Shown here piece by piece: positions 25,559 to 26,964 of a DNA stretch of 26,964 bases. Position 1 is the first letter of the stretch, and each line of letters opens with the position of its first letter. This DNA comes from Candidatus Hodarchaeota archaeon (GTDB lineage Archaea; Asgardarchaeota; Heimdallarchaeia; Hodarchaeales; Hodarchaeaceae): positions 1 to 26,964 of the forward strand of contig JAEOTQ010000040.1 in the NCBI GenBank assembly GCA_016839785.1, in the 5' to 3' direction. A model generated the notes under the pieces. That model made no database searches, was not told where the DNA came from, and worked only from the letters and a program-made list of their open reading frames with translations. Made by a program: the position numbers and the translations under genes.

Positions 25559-26830
25559 TTCGCATGAAGTCATCAACTAGCTCGTTACCAATGCTAGTTT
25601 CCATCGTGTCGGATGTAACCCTACATCCTCTATCCTGTCAGCTGCAAAAGCGTTCAGGAATGCTTTTTTAAGGATATTATAACCACCATTAACATCAGCA
25701 TTAATAATAATGCCTTTTTTAGATTTAAATAGTCCTCTATTTATCCTTTTTCCTTGGTATTTATCATGGTGTCTTACAGGTTCATTATCCAAGAAAGAGC
25801 ACTTACTAGAATGACTTTCTTCTTGTTTAATGATTAATATTCCATTTTCTTCAGCTTTGTATTCCAATTGTTTAATCAGTTTATGGTAGGGAATGGTGAC
25901 AAAATTCTGGTTATTTCTTTTGCCAAGGTGACAGCTTTGTTTCCAGTTAGGATTGTACCCGATTATAATTGTACCAATGTCATTAAAGACACAGTAGCCA
26001 ATAATATTTCTACTAGTCTTATGGAAATAGTCATGGATTTTTTGATTACGCTTATGAATCAATTGCTGCATTTTTTTACCTGTTTTTATTCCCTGATGGT
26101 CATAAACAGATTGAACTCTAGCTCTTTCTTTATTGTAATATTGATTAATGGCTTTAACAACCCCACCTTTAATAACAAACGGTATTAAACCATTATTATT
26201 AACAGTAGTTATGAGATTGCGTACCCCAAAATCAATAGCAATGAGATTGTCTTTGTTCAAAAGTTTAGGACTAATAGTTTTCTGGTAGACGATTTCTACC
26301 ACATAACCTACCCCTTTCGGAATAATTCGCGCTTCTCTGATGTCTGTTATGTCCGGTAGTCTTGTTTTTAGTTTCAAACCTACTTTTTTGGGAAAGGACA
26401 AGAAACAATCTATTATTTTCACCTGCTGGTTGGTAAAAACCAGTAAGGACTCTCCATTCTTTGGCTTGTATTTAGGTATTCTTGGCTCAGCCTTGAATTT
26501 TGATTTATCCCTTTTCCACTCTTTGATAGCATTAAAATAACTTTTCCAATTTCTATCAAGGATTTTCAATACCTGTTGGGCAGTCTGGGCGGGAAGTTGT
26601 TGATAATTGTTGGAGGTTTTCATTTCGTGGTACAGGGAATTATATTGAATCCATTTATTGGTGTTAAAGAACTCCTGACGAATTTGATAATTGCTTTCAT
26701 TGTAAAGGTTTTTTGATAGATGACACAACCGTGAAAGGGTTCTATTTGGTTTGATCCAGATTTGTTCAGTACGAGTAATTATCATAAATTAAACTTCATC
26801 TCGCACAAGCTTTATTGGAGGATTTTGGTT
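25520..26830 (-). mobile_element. Non-autonomous IS200/IS605-family element carrying only tnpB (ends approximate)
   Basis: tnpB with no recognisable tnpA in the 179 bp visible upstream. Hairpin 19 nt after the tnpB stop (candidate right end); GGATTTT/AAAATCC hairpin at 26820-26848. Boundaries are inferred. Confidence 0.55.
25577..26785 (-). CDS. tnpB: RNA-guided endonuclease TnpB (IS200/IS605 superfamily, IS1341-like)
   Basis: SKNLYN, LPAQTAQQVLK, PRIPKYK, RuvC-I AIDFG, DYFHKTSR, IGYN..WKQ, QLEYKAE..GI, EESHSSKCS, RuvC-III INADVNGGYNI. Confidence 0.95.
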   Translation of the reverse strand: MIITRTEQIWIKPNRTLSRLCHLSKNLYNESNYQIRQEFFNTNKWIQYNSLYHEMKTSNNYQQLPAQTAQQVLKILDRNWKSYFNAIKEWKRDKSKFKAEPRIPKYKPKNGESLLVFTNQQVKIIDCFLSFPKKVGLKLKTRLPDITDIREARIIPKGVGYVVEIVYQKTISPKLLNKDNLIAIDFGVRNLITTVNNNGLIPFVIKGGVVKAINQYYNKERARVQSVYDHQGIKTGKKMQQLIHKRNQKIHDYFHKTSRNIIGYCVFNDIGTIIIGYNPNWKQSCHLGKRNNQNFVTIPYHKLIKQLEYKAEENGILIIKQEESHSSKCSFLDNEPVRHHDKYQGKRINRGLFKSKKGIIINADVNGGYNILKKAFLNAFAADRIEDVGLHPTRWKLALVTS

Positions 26831-26853
26831 TTAAGGTCCTAAAAATCCAGTTT

Positions 26854-26964
26854 TCACGCATCACCTCCCTGAAAATGAAGCTGTGGCAGTATTTCTTGTC
26901 GTACAAATCGGAGAAACCAGCGAGCTATACATACTAATTCATCCATTTGTTTAACTGTCACTAA
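26854..26964 (-). CDS. Possible 3' end of an upstream gene, truncated by the window edge
   Basis: Frame open from the edge (LVTVKQMDELVCIARWFLRFVRQEILPQLHFQGGDA*). Ends with a strong SD GGAGGTGA and a GTGA start/stop overlap, typical of operon junctions. Confidence 0.35.
   Translation of the reverse strand, partial: LVTVKQMDELVCIARWFLRFVRQEILPQLHFQGGDA

Noticed and set aside
25868-26540. Plus-strand ORFs within tnpB (25868-26188, 26340-26540)
   Set aside because: Antisense shadows of tnpB; no Y1 (HUH) or serine-recombinase TnpA motifs.
1-26964. tRNA or rRNA genes
   Set aside because: No GC-rich cloverleaf or rRNA-like segment seen in any intergenic region.

Overview
AT-rich archaeal chromosomal window. 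Archaeal origin is shown by the archaeosine tRNA-guanine transglycosylase. An Asgard (Heimdallarchaeia-like) source is plausible from the MglA-type GTPase and the C-terminally anchored S8 protease, but that is inference. Contents in order: (1) a 5'-truncated membrane-anchored S8 protease whose domain order resembles eukaryotic Site-1 protease; (2) an atypical histidine-utilisation cluster (hutU, hutH, an active-site-divergent hutI) with no hutG/hutF but an embedded glutamine-synthetase-family gene and M20D amidohydrolase; (3) an MglA-like GTPase, a PIG-L deacetylase, tgtA and two hypothetical genes; (4) a class II ribonucleotide reductase with a LAGLIDADG intein at the catalytic Cys, followed 321 bp downstream by a diverged relic of its own last 13 codons; (5) a CdrS-like ribbon-helix-helix (RHH) gene plus a DUF99 nuclease; (6) a probable operon of polyprenyl synthase, an RHH-fused nucleotidyltransferase lacking catalytic residues, and a cellulose-synthase-like GT2; (7) a TnpB with a rearranged RuvC site, followed by three hairpin-plus-repeat units. 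The best candidates for novel systems are the remodelled hut pathway, the RHH/pseudo-nucleotidyltransferase regulator and the TnpB 3' repeat units. Consensus motifs are quoted from memory; no database searches were run.
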